Assembly: GCA_036676395.1 (NCBI GenBank)
Contig: JAKFCY010000002.1
Span: 352,001 to 416,000 of the forward strand
Length of the DNA: 64,000 nt
Origin: Bdellovibrio sp.
Lineage (GTDB): Bacteria > Bdellovibrionota > Bdellovibrionia > Bdellovibrionales > Bdellovibrionaceae
Reading direction: 5' to 3'
Shown: positions 18,324-26,598 of the stretch, in pieces
Layout of the letters: every line of letters starts with the position of its first letter
How positions within the stretch are numbered: position 1 is the first letter of the stretch
Notes under the pieces: model-generated
What the model saw: the letters and a program-made list of their open reading frames with translations, nothing else
Databases searched by the model: none
What the model was told of the DNA's origin: nothing
Program-made: the position numbers and the translations under genes

Positions 18324-19082
18324 ATGAAAAAGCTTATTTCGGCTCTTCTTATTATGAATATGTTGCTGCTAGTTGGCTGTGCCGGTGATGAGCCCTCATC
18401 TAGTAAAAAAACACGCACTGCGCGTAAGGCGAAAAAGGTACTGAGCGAATCTGAAAAAGCTAAATTTATTACACCAACAATTTATTACGTTGCTGATTAT
18501 TCTGCAGAAACACAATGTTCTGATACAGCTGAACTTAACTTAAGAAAATCTAAAAATAATATCGTTAAAATTTCAGTCTGTCGTAAAGTTTTAAAAGGCT
18601 GCACAACGCAGGGAAGTTGTTACATCCAGCTCAGCGGTAAAAAAACGATGCTTAACTATCATAAAAAAGTGAATGGTATGGTTCAGTTTATGTTAGTCGA
18701 TCGCTCTGTGTGTAAATATGGATTAGGGGATTCAAGTGATGCTAAGCAATCATTTAAAATAATGTGCTTAGACCCATTTTATTCAGTGGCCGCAGATACG
18801 GCGATTCATCCGCTGGGTACAGTTATTTACATACCGGCTGTGCGGGGCGCTGCTTTACCCGATGGATCAACTCATGATGGTTATTTTATTGTGCGTGATT
18901 CGGGTGGCAATATTGATGGTCGCGGGCGTTTTGACTTCTTTACAGGCGACGTTGGTCTTAACGCAAGCAACCCGTTTTCAAACCTTGGTCTGGGTGGTGA
19001 GTCGAATTTTGATTATCAAGTTGTCTCAAATAGCGATGCGCAGGGTGTGCGTGAGCGTCGAAAATTTCCGTATTTAAAGTAG
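18324..19082 (+). CDS. 3D-domain (MltA/Stp-like lytic transglycosylase) lipoprotein
   Basis: LVGC lipobox; VAAD...PLGTVIYIP, DSGGNI.G..RFDFF (three-Asp motif). Confidence 0.8.
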   Translation: MKKLISALLIMNMLLLVGCAGDEPSSSKKTRTARKAKKVLSESEKAKFITPTIYYVADYSAETQCSDTAELNLRKSKNNIVKISVCRKVLKGCTTQGSCYIQLSGKKTMLNYHKKVNGMVQFMLVDRSVCKYGLGDSSDAKQSFKIMCLDPFYSVAADTAIHPLGTVIYIPAVRGAALPDGSTHDGYFIVRDSGGNIDGRGRFDFFTGDVGLNASNPFSNLGLGGESNFDYQVVSNSDAQGVRERRKFPYLK

Positions 19083-19175
19083 TCTTAAAAATAAATAAAA
19101 TTCTACTTAGTCCTGCTCGATATGCAGAATTCTGCATAACCCACAAGACTGGACGTCTTAGTCGCAATTACGGCT

Positions 19176-19202
19176 TAATATTATTTGAATTTAAGCCGAA
19201 AA
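19176..19202 (+). promoter_or_regulatory. Putative sigma28 (FliA) promoter
   Basis: TAAT-N15-GCCGAAAA. Confidence 0.5.
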
Positions 19203-19209
19203 AAGTAAT

Positions 19210-20073
19210 GTGCATTTAGATCCAATGTCGCAAATCTTTTTATATATTCTTGGTTTAGCCCTGTTTACTTGGGTGGCTAAGTATTTTTTCGTTCTGTATT
19301 ACTATCGTAAAAGAAAAGAAGACATCAATAAACTTGAAGCACGTACTGCGGTTTTACGTATGCTGTTAAAGGCAAAATTAAAACGTAAAGGTTCGCAAAT
19401 GCAGGATCAGTACAAAGATGAAAAAGAATTCATGGCCTCGATCATCTCTAAGCTAGATTTGTTAACTACATTTAATTTTAACCGCACTTCAGATTATGAA
19501 GATGTGTTAGAAATTTTGGGTTCGATTTCTGAGGCGATCGATATGCACACTGTGCAGAAAAATCCTGCCTTGTATGTGGCTCAGCAAGAAAAGATCGTAC
19601 AAGATCGTGAAAAGTTATTCCAGACTTCAGGGGTTGAAGTCGCTAAAAAAGATGAAAATGGTGATGCCAAATCAGCTGATGAGATTGAATCAAAAAAGAA
19701 ATCAGTCGTGAATTTACAAGTGCCACAATATGAGCGTTGGTCGCAATTACTGAAGTACGATAAAGGTAATTTATATATTATTAAAGAGATCATCGAGACG
19801 ACTGAAGATTTAAAAACTAAAGTTGATAGCTATAATATCGAGCAAAATGAAAAAGAATTACAGTTACGTGTTCCAGAATTAATTGAAATTGATAGTTTTG
19901 AAGGTTTGCGTTCAATCGTTGATCGTGATCAGGAGCAAGCCAAAGCCGGAAAAGCTGCTAAAAAACAGAATAAGCAAAAAAGCCCTCAGGAAGATCCAGA
20001 TCTATTGGCTCTTGAGGCGGCGACTAAGCCATCATCATCTGATTCGGGTGGCGGGCAAGACGACGCCGCTTAA
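19210..20073 (+). CDS. Hypothetical protein, N-terminal TM anchor, charged helical body
   Basis: Long ORF with one TM segment; start is GTG 19210 or ATG 19225. Confidence 0.7.
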   Translation: MHLDPMSQIFLYILGLALFTWVAKYFFVLYYYRKRKEDINKLEARTAVLRMLLKAKLKRKGSQMQDQYKDEKEFMASIISKLDLLTTFNFNRTSDYEDVLEILGSISEAIDMHTVQKNPALYVAQQEKIVQDREKLFQTSGVEVAKKDENGDAKSADEIESKKKSVVNLQVPQYERWSQLLKYDKGNLYIIKEIIETTEDLKTKVDSYNIEQNEKELQLRVPELIEIDSFEGLRSIVDRDQEQAKAGKAAKKQNKQKSPQEDPDLLALEAATKPSSSDSGGGQDDAA

Positions 20074-20204
20074 TACAGATGGTTGCGGCGCCATCTAAAC
20101 AAACTCCCATGCATTTAAATACAATATAGACGTCTCAAGCTGTGACAAGTTCGCGGCTTTTTCGCGTTTTCGTCTAACTAAATACTAAAATAACCCATAT
20201 ATAT

Positions 20205-20231
20205 TAAAGTTTTAACGCAGCATGTCGATAA
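20205..20231 (+). promoter_or_regulatory. Sigma28 promoter of flagellin 1
   Basis: TAAA-N15-GTCGATAA. Confidence 0.75.
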
Positions 20232-20312
20232 TACGTGTGACTATCGAACTGGACTTAAGGCTTGTCTCGGGTTGGCCCATTGAGCAGTTCCATTTAAAAA
20301 AGGAACACACGT

Positions 20313-21140
20313 ATGTCGCTTCGGATAAACACGAACGTGGCCTCGTTCGGCGTGCAAAACGCCATGGCCAAGTCTCAAAGACAAATCGAAAGCTCAATGA
20401 AGAGCTTATCTACAGGATCGCGCTTTGCCGAGATCAGCACTGATCCCGCATCAAAAGCCATATCCGAAGACTTGAAAAGTGATATTTCAGGAATGGATGT
20501 TGCTCGAAGAAATGCCGAGCAAGCCGGAAGTTTCGCCGCTATCGCTGAAGGTGGTATGAGCGAACAGTCTAATTTAATTATTCGAATGCGCGAGCTTGCT
20601 GTGCAAGCTGCTTCAGATACTTACTCAGATAATGAACGCGCGTTTATGCAAAATGAATTTTCAAAACTTCAGGAAGAGGTTGAACGTATTGCACAAACCA
20701 GTGCCTTTGGTTCGCGAAAACTCCTCGATGGAACCTCTACAGATATCGACATTCAAGTCGGAACGAAAGGGGATGTGAATTCGCGTATCACGTTTAATGC
20801 CGACACCGACACGACTCTGTCGGGATTAGGAGTGAGTGGAATTACGGTCGATGATAAATCTGCAGCCAGAGATGCGCTTGAATCGCTGGATGGCGGCTTA
20901 GATAAAATCTCGATGCAAAGATCTAAGTACGGTGCCCTGCAATCACGATTGGAATCCGTGCAGAGTTTCTTAGCTTCTTCGATTGAAAATGTGTCGCAAG
21001 CTAACTCTAAGTTAGCAGATACAGACTTAGCGAAAGAAGTTTCAAACTTACGTAAAAATCAGATCTTGCAGCAGTATCAAAGCGCATTGCTGCAGACTGC
21101 AAATGATCAAATGAACAATGCTTTGCGCCTAATCGCGTAA
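20313..21140 (+). CDS. fliC: Flagellin (divergent paralog, 275 aa)
   Basis: MSLRINTN, RMRELAVQAASDT, RSKYGALQSRL, DTDLAKE. Confidence 0.93.
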   Translation: MSLRINTNVASFGVQNAMAKSQRQIESSMKSLSTGSRFAEISTDPASKAISEDLKSDISGMDVARRNAEQAGSFAAIAEGGMSEQSNLIIRMRELAVQAASDTYSDNERAFMQNEFSKLQEEVERIAQTSAFGSRKLLDGTSTDIDIQVGTKGDVNSRITFNADTDTTLSGLGVSGITVDDKSAARDALESLDGGLDKISMQRSKYGALQSRLESVQSFLASSIENVSQANSKLADTDLAKEVSNLRKNQILQQYQSALLQTANDQMNNALRLIA

Positions 21141-21180
21141 GATTGTGATCGCCTTTAGCAGAGTGTTTTTAATCAAATCG

Positions 21181-21213
21181 GGCTTTGGTCTAGGCGAAAC
21201 TAGACCAAAAGCC
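21181..21213 (+). terminator. 3' hairpin after flagellin 1
   Basis: GGCTTTGGTCTAG / CTAGACCAAAAGCC; weak U-tract. Confidence 0.5.
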
Positions 21214-21300
21214 AGTCCTTCTCAAAAAAAAGTTTAATTAAATTCAGTAGTTATCTCGCTGACTTGATGTGTCGCGTCAAATAAAAGCTAGACCAAGGGC

Positions 21301-21328
21301 TAAAGTCTACTAGACCATGGTCCGAAAT
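21301..21328 (+). promoter_or_regulatory. Putative sigma28 promoter of flagellin 2
   Basis: TAAA-N16-TCCGAAAT (spacer one base longer than consensus). Confidence 0.5.
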
Positions 21329-21568
21329 AGTTGTTGTACGGAATGGTGATCTAGAAGCGAAGCGAGAAAGTCCAGTTCGATAGTCAAAACTAACGGGCCT
21401 TTCAAAAAATCCTCTAGAGAACTTAAGAAGGAAAACCCTGGCAGTCACCATGGGCCCCTTCTTAAGTTCACAACCTAACAAATACATTTGAATAAGTTTT
21501 TTTATTTTTGGTGGGTTTAACCAAAATATTTAACAACAAACTATTTAGGGAAATAGGGGGATATCAGT

Positions 21569-22396
21569 ATGGGTTTAAGAATATCAACAAACATGGCGTC
21601 GATCTCAGCACAAAGAGCAATGGGAATGCAAACTAAGCGATTAGAAAAAGCATCTCAATCTTTAGCTTCAGGTAATCGTATTACTAAGTCCGCAGATGAT
21701 TCAGCAGGTTTAGCTATCGCAGAGAACATGAGAATGGAAATTCGCGGTACCGTGCAAGCGCGTTCGAATGCATTTAATGCCATCTCGACAATTCAAGTTG
21801 CAGAGGGTGGTTTATCGGAGCAAGCAAACTTAATCGCTCGTCTACGTGAGTTAGGTGTACAAGCTGCATCTGATACAGTGGGTGAAAAAGAGCGTTTCTA
21901 CTTACAACAAGAAGCCGTTTCGATCACAGATGAGATCGAGCGTATTTCTAAAACAACAAAATTCGGTGATAAATTTTTACTAGATGGATCAAATCCTTCA
22001 TACGATTTCCATGTAGGTTCTGATGCTGCAAAAGAAAATGTGATCACATTCACATCTGAAGCAGACGGAACAATCGATGGTTTAGGTTTAACAGGAGTGG
22101 ATATCTCTGAAAAAGATGGTGCCCGTGACATGTTAAGTACACTGGATGGCGCTCTGGAAAAAGTTTCTAGAATGCGTTCAGGATTCGGTGCTGTACAGTC
22201 TCGTTTAGAATCTACTGTTAACGGTTTAGATGTTAAACAAGAAAACTTACAGTCAGCTCGTTCACGCTTAATGGATGCGGACGTTGCCAAAGAATCTGCG
22301 GATTTAGCGTCGGCTTCAATGTTACAACAAGCTTCTATCAGCGTGTTGTCACAAGCCAACCAACAACCGTACCAAGCCATGAAATTGTTAGGTTAA
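21569..22396 (+). CDS. fliC: Flagellin (275 aa)
   Basis: MGLRISTN, SGNRITKSADDSAGLAI, GAVQSRL, DADVAKE, QANQQP. Confidence 0.95.
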   Translation: MGLRISTNMASISAQRAMGMQTKRLEKASQSLASGNRITKSADDSAGLAIAENMRMEIRGTVQARSNAFNAISTIQVAEGGLSEQANLIARLRELGVQAASDTVGEKERFYLQQEAVSITDEIERISKTTKFGDKFLLDGSNPSYDFHVGSDAAKENVITFTSEADGTIDGLGLTGVDISEKDGARDMLSTLDGALEKVSRMRSGFGAVQSRLESTVNGLDVKQENLQSARSRLMDADVAKESADLASASMLQQASISVLSQANQQPYQAMKLLG

Positions 22397-22570
22397 TTTT
22401 AAGTTGAGAAGTGGGGCGCATGAAAGTGCGCCGCCATGAACTTAGACCATTACAGGTTTTAAGTTTTAAGGCCAGCCCGAGGGCACCGCCCCCGAGCTAG
22501 TCTTATAAGTTAAAAGTTTAAATTTAATAGAGTTTTGAGGCTATCGCCCTATTGATAGTTTCTTAAACCC

Positions 22571-22605
22571 GGGCTCTGGCGGTTGTTCGTCAGAGCTTTT
22601 TTTTT
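22571..22605 (+). terminator. Intrinsic terminator downstream of flagellin 2
   Basis: GCTCTGGCG / CGTCAGAGC stem followed by T9. Confidence 0.7.
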
Positions 22606-22612
22606 GCCTTTT

Positions 22613-23191
22613 TTAGAAATCTAGTTCATCTGGTGCGATCAAATATTCTCCTGGTTTCACTTCAACGACCTTCTCTTTTTTAGGTTTTTCAGCAGGTTTT
22701 GCTTCACCTTTAATATCAGCCATAGCTTCATCTTGATGTTGAACTTCTGCTTTTTTAGGCGGGGCTTTTTTAGCTTTAATTTCTACGTTTACTTCTGCTT
22801 GCGGAGTTTCGACAACTTCTGCTTCTTCTAATGGAGGCTCTTCCGCATATGCATTTTGTATTAATGGATTTTCGTTGCGGGCCGTAGGGCAAGGTTTCAC
22901 TACGCGGGCTAAAGTGTAACCGGTCATATTTTGTAAAAGGTCATAAGCACACATGCCTGGTTTCATACGGTCAGAAACTAAAACTAAAGAAGCGGTATAT
23001 CTGCGGTCGCAGGCATCAACGATTAAATCATAGCCTTGAAGAGCGGCGATATTTTTTTGGCGAAAAACACATTGATTGTTCTGTAAAATATCCGATGGGT
23101 TTTTAAGGGTGCGGCCCGGTTCAGCCTGAATTTGTGCCTGCGCCATAAAAGAAAATACCAGGGCAAAAGAGAAGAATAAAATGTTTTTCAT
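22613..23191 (-). CDS. Secreted hypothetical protein with 4 Cys and a low-complexity E/K/P-rich tail
   Basis: MKN signal peptide ending AQA; GGAG SD. Confidence 0.75.
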   Translation of the reverse strand: MKNILFFSFALVFSFMAQAQIQAEPGRTLKNPSDILQNNQCVFRQKNIAALQGYDLIVDACDRRYTASLVLVSDRMKPGMCAYDLLQNMTGYTLARVVKPCPTARNENPLIQNAYAEEPPLEEAEVVETPQAEVNVEIKAKKAPPKKAEVQHQDEAMADIKGEAKPAEKPKKEKVVEVKPGEYLIAPDELDF

Positions 23192-23420
23192 AACACGCTC
23201 CATTGGTCAAAAGCCAAAAAGTGTAACCCTGTCGAATACACAGACACCGCCATAGCATTTTCTACCGCTATTACGTATCTGAGGGCACCGCCCGCCGACA
23301 TATCTTCTACTTGCGAAGATCCTGCCAAATACACCCTTCGGCGCCATTTCCGAGCTTCGTCATTTAAATCATTCAGGGCACCGCCCCGCAGATCACGCTT
23401 AATTGCACTCGAACGAAGCT

Positions 23421-24017
23421 ATGAATCAACTTACCTTCTTTAAAAGCAAAAATTCAAAAGCTCATGGCGGGGATCCTTCAATAGGAAGAAGACGTTCGAA
23501 GAGAGTGCTAATATTGAAGCGTCCGATGCATGTGACTTTACGTTCTGAATTCGCGTATTCGGGGCGGTGCCTGCTGCGACATCAGAAAATGATTAATAAA
23601 GTTATAAGTAGAGCGGCAAATCGGTTTCGTATTTCTGTTTATGAAAAAGCGATTTGTGGAAATCATCTTCATTTATTAGTGCGAGGTAGAACGCGCTTTG
23701 AAATTCAGAACTTTTTTCGTGTTGTCGCCGGTCATATTGCGCAGAACATTCTAGAGAGTTTTCCAATTCGGGAAAATGAAAAACCTAAGTGGGGCGGTGC
23801 CTCGCGGTTGAGAAAAAATACGTGTCAGCATCCCAAGAACCAGCGAAAGTTTTGGGATGCGCTGATTTATTCGCGAGTGCTTTCGGGATGGGGCCGTGAG
23901 TTCCGTACAGTGAAAAACTATATCGTGCAAAATACGCTGGAAGCTATGGGTGTTATTCCTTATCAGAAGCGTAAAAGTCGCTACGTAACCTATGGCGGGG
24001 CGGTGCCCTCGGGGTGA
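23421..24017 (+). mobile_element. HUH Y1 transposase (IS200/IS605 TnpA or REP-associated tyrosine transposase-like), no TnpB partner
   Basis: HVTLRS strand, GNHLHLLV (HUH motif), FW, YIVQN (catalytic Tyr helix). Confidence 0.85.
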
Positions 24018-24236
24018 GTAAGTTTCTCCTCTGAAATTAAATAAAATTTATTTAAATATTTTACTCGACGAATAGGCCTCAGACTAAAAGCTACAGACTA
24101 GATAGCTATTTAGTCTATGAAGACCCAAGTCTGTCATTTATTAGTCCTGCACAGACTAGCTGAGACCATCAGCGGACCAGGAAAATCCTAGACCAAGGTT
24201 GGGAAAATCGCTGGCAAGAGGTCTATTTTTCAAAAC

Positions 24237-24311
24237 CAAAGTCCAGAACACCTCCGCCGAAGGTCTAGATTTACACGACGAGACTAAAGAGCATCACAGA
24301 CTCGCCGAAAG
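24237..24311 (+). promoter_or_regulatory. Tandem sigma28 promoters of flagellin 3
   Basis: CAAA-N15-GCCGAAGG (24237-24263) and TAAA-N15-GCCGAAAG (24285-24311). Confidence 0.7.
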
Positions 24312-24480
24312 GTATATTAAGCAAACGACTCAGACTCGACTGGATGGGCTGGAGATACTTGGTGTTGTGACTGACAACAGGTGTTGACGAAGGACCGTAA
24401 CGGCAGGGTGTAGGTCACCAAAACGTACAAAACCGGACTATATATTGTAGTCCGGTTTAAAAAACAAAAAGAGGTCTAAC

Positions 24481-25314
24481 ATGGGATTAAGAATTTCAAC
24501 AAACGTAGCAGCGATCAATGCACAAAGAACAATGAGTACAAATACTCGTGAGATGCAAAAATCGATGGCTCAATTATCAACTGGTTCACGTATCACTAAA
24601 GCGGGCGATGATGCTGCAGGTTTAGCGATTTCTGAGAACTTAAAATCTACGATTCGTTCATACGGTCAAGCATCAAGAAATGCTAATGACGGTATCTCAA
24701 TGATTCAAACTGCTGAGCAATCAATGGGTGAAATTTCTAACGTGTTAACTCGCGTACGTGAGTTAGGTATCCAAGCTTCTTCTGATACTATCGGTGATCA
24801 AGAACGTAACTTCATCCAATCTGAGGTTAATGCTCTTAAATCTGAAGTACAACGTGTTGCTGAATCTACAACTTTCGGTTCTCGTAAATTATTAGATGGT
24901 TCTGGCGGCGTATATGACATTCACGTAGGTACTTCTGCAAATGCAGCTACTGACTGGATTGGTTATGATGCAACTTCTACTAACGTGTCTATCAGCAACT
25001 TAGGTATCGAAAATCTAGATTTTACTTCTAAAGAGGGTGCTCGTGAAGGCTTAGGCGCTTTAGATCAAGCTCAATTATCTGTGAACGGTTCTCGCGCTAA
25101 TTTAGGTGCTTTACAAAATCGTTTAACTTCAACTGTGGATGTAATCGGAACTATGTCTGAGTCGATGAGTGCAGCAAATTCACGTCTACGTGATGCTGAC
25201 ATCGCTTCAACAACTTCTGAGTTAGCTCGTAACTCTGTATTATTGCAAGGTACGACTTCTGTGTTAGCTCAAGCTAACCAATCGCCGCAAATGGCTTTAA
25301 AATTGATCGGTTAA
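24481..25314 (+). CDS. fliC: Flagellin (277 aa; probably the major subunit)
   Basis: Canonical N- and C-terminal flagellin motifs; codon choice typical of highly expressed genes (TCT/ACT/CGT/GGT). Confidence 0.97.
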   Translation: MGLRISTNVAAINAQRTMSTNTREMQKSMAQLSTGSRITKAGDDAAGLAISENLKSTIRSYGQASRNANDGISMIQTAEQSMGEISNVLTRVRELGIQASSDTIGDQERNFIQSEVNALKSEVQRVAESTTFGSRKLLDGSGGVYDIHVGTSANAATDWIGYDATSTNVSISNLGIENLDFTSKEGAREGLGALDQAQLSVNGSRANLGALQNRLTSTVDVIGTMSESMSAANSRLRDADIASTTSELARNSVLLQGTTSVLAQANQSPQMALKLIG

Positions 25315-25385
25315 TTAGTTCATATTTGATTAAATTGTTTGGGCGGGGTGCGACCTCGCCCTGCTCAAAAATTTAAATATTGCTT

Positions 25386-25421
25386 AAGCGGGCTTGGGAA
25401 TCACCAAGTTCGCTTTTTTTG
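25386..25421 (+). terminator. Intrinsic terminator after flagellin 3
   Basis: AAGCGGGCTTGG / CCAAGTTCGCTT followed by a T-run; a second hairpin precedes it at 25341-25361. Confidence 0.8.
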
Positions 25422-25523
25422 TTTCAAATCCCTTTCATTTACCAGTTTACAGAGGCAATACCTTGTTGCCGCAAGGCAAAAGTGGCTATGGTGGCCATTC
25501 TCTTGGAACTGAAAGGAATCATC

Positions 25524-26594
25524 ATGTTCAAAAAAAGTTTATTATTATTTGCCGTCTTAGCTACTGGCCTATCGGCTTTAGCCGCAGAAACAGCTGCCCC
25601 AAAAGCAGCAGAAACAAAGCCTACAGAAAAAGAGCTAGTTATTTACTCAGCTCGTAAAGAAGAATTGATTAAACCACTTTTAGATCAATTTACTCAAAAA
25701 ACAGGTATTCCTGTAAAAATGTTATCTGATGATGCGCCAAAATTATTGGCTCGTATCGAATCAGAAGGAGCAGCATCTCCGGCTGATGTATTAATCACTG
25801 TTGATGTGGCGAACTTAAGCATCGCTAAAGACAAAGGTTTATTTGCAAAACTAAACTCGAAAACTTTAAACAAAAATGTTCCGGCTTTATACCGTGACAA
25901 AGACAGCGAGTGGTTTGGTTTAAGCAAACGTGTGCGCGCGGTTTTCTACAATAAAGAAAAAGTTAAACCAGAAGAATTATCTACTTATGAAGATTTAGCG
26001 GATGCAAAATGGAAAGGTAACATTTTAGCACGCTCTTCGGCTCACCCATACAATCAATCATTATTTGCTCATATCATTAAAGTTCACGGTGATAAATATG
26101 CATCTGACTGGGCAAAAGGTTTTGTTACTAATTTGGCTCGTCCTCCACAGGGTGGCGATTCTGATCAATTACGTGCTGTTGCCGCTGGCGAAGCTAAATT
26201 GGCAATCTCAAACAGTTACTATTACGGTAAAATGTTAACTTCAGAACTTCCTGAAGATAAATTAGTGGCGCAAAAAGTTGGAATCTTTTTCCCGAATCAA
26301 AAATCGGCAAAAGGCCAATTAAACGGCGTGCACGTGAATATCAGTGGTGGCGCTGTTCTTAAGACAAGTAAAAATGCGAAAAACGCACAAAAGCTTTTAG
26401 AATTTTTAAGCTCTGCTGAAGCGCAAGATTTATATGCAAGCTTGAATAAAGAATTTCCGGTATTAACAACTGCTAAATCTGATTCAGTCTTAGCTTCTTG
26501 GGGGCCGTTCAAAGAAGATAAAACTTTATTGCACTCTTGGGCACCTCATTCAAAACAAGCGACGTTAATTTCTGACCAAGTGGGTTGGAAGTAA
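25524..26594 (+). CDS. fbpA: Fe(III) ABC transporter substrate-binding protein (FbpA/FutA type)
   Basis: YSAR, SPADVLITVD, YNQSL, GGDSDQ, NSYYY, NISG; AAAGGA SD before 25524. Confidence 0.9.
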   Translation: MFKKSLLLFAVLATGLSALAAETAAPKAAETKPTEKELVIYSARKEELIKPLLDQFTQKTGIPVKMLSDDAPKLLARIESEGAASPADVLITVDVANLSIAKDKGLFAKLNSKTLNKNVPALYRDKDSEWFGLSKRVRAVFYNKEKVKPEELSTYEDLADAKWKGNILARSSAHPYNQSLFAHIIKVHGDKYASDWAKGFVTNLARPPQGGDSDQLRAVAAGEAKLAISNSYYYGKMLTSELPEDKLVAQKVGIFFPNQKSAKGQLNGVHVNISGGAVLKTSKNAKNAQKLLEFLSSAEAQDLYASLNKEFPVLTTAKSDSVLASWGPFKEDKTLLHSWAPHSKQATLISDQVGWK

Positions 26595-26598
26595 TTTC

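Larger units (their letters stand above)
22476..24013. repeat. Cluster of six GGCACCGCCC(C) repeat copies around and inside the Y1 transposase
   Basis: Plus-orientation copies at 22476-22493, 23281-23296, 23375-23389; minus-orientation copies at 23560-23572, 23791-23804, 23994-24013. Confidence 0.85.

Noticed and set aside
21251..21487. ORFs in flagellin intergenic regions (21251-21487 minus; also 24199-24387 plus)
   Set aside because: They overlap sigma28 promoters and leader hairpins and have no recognisable protein features
22476..24013. GC-rich repeats read as a CRISPR array or canonical REP/BIME
   Set aside because: Too short, irregularly spaced and in both orientations; not palindromic, no GTAG foot, no cas genes
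24018..24480. Possible TnpB/omegaRNA or IS605 right end after the Y1 transposase
   Set aside because: No TnpB ORF or remnant recognised; the region is explained by flagellin promoters and leader
25421..25523. Fur box upstream of fbpA
   Set aside because: No convincing GATAATGATAATCATTATC-like sequence
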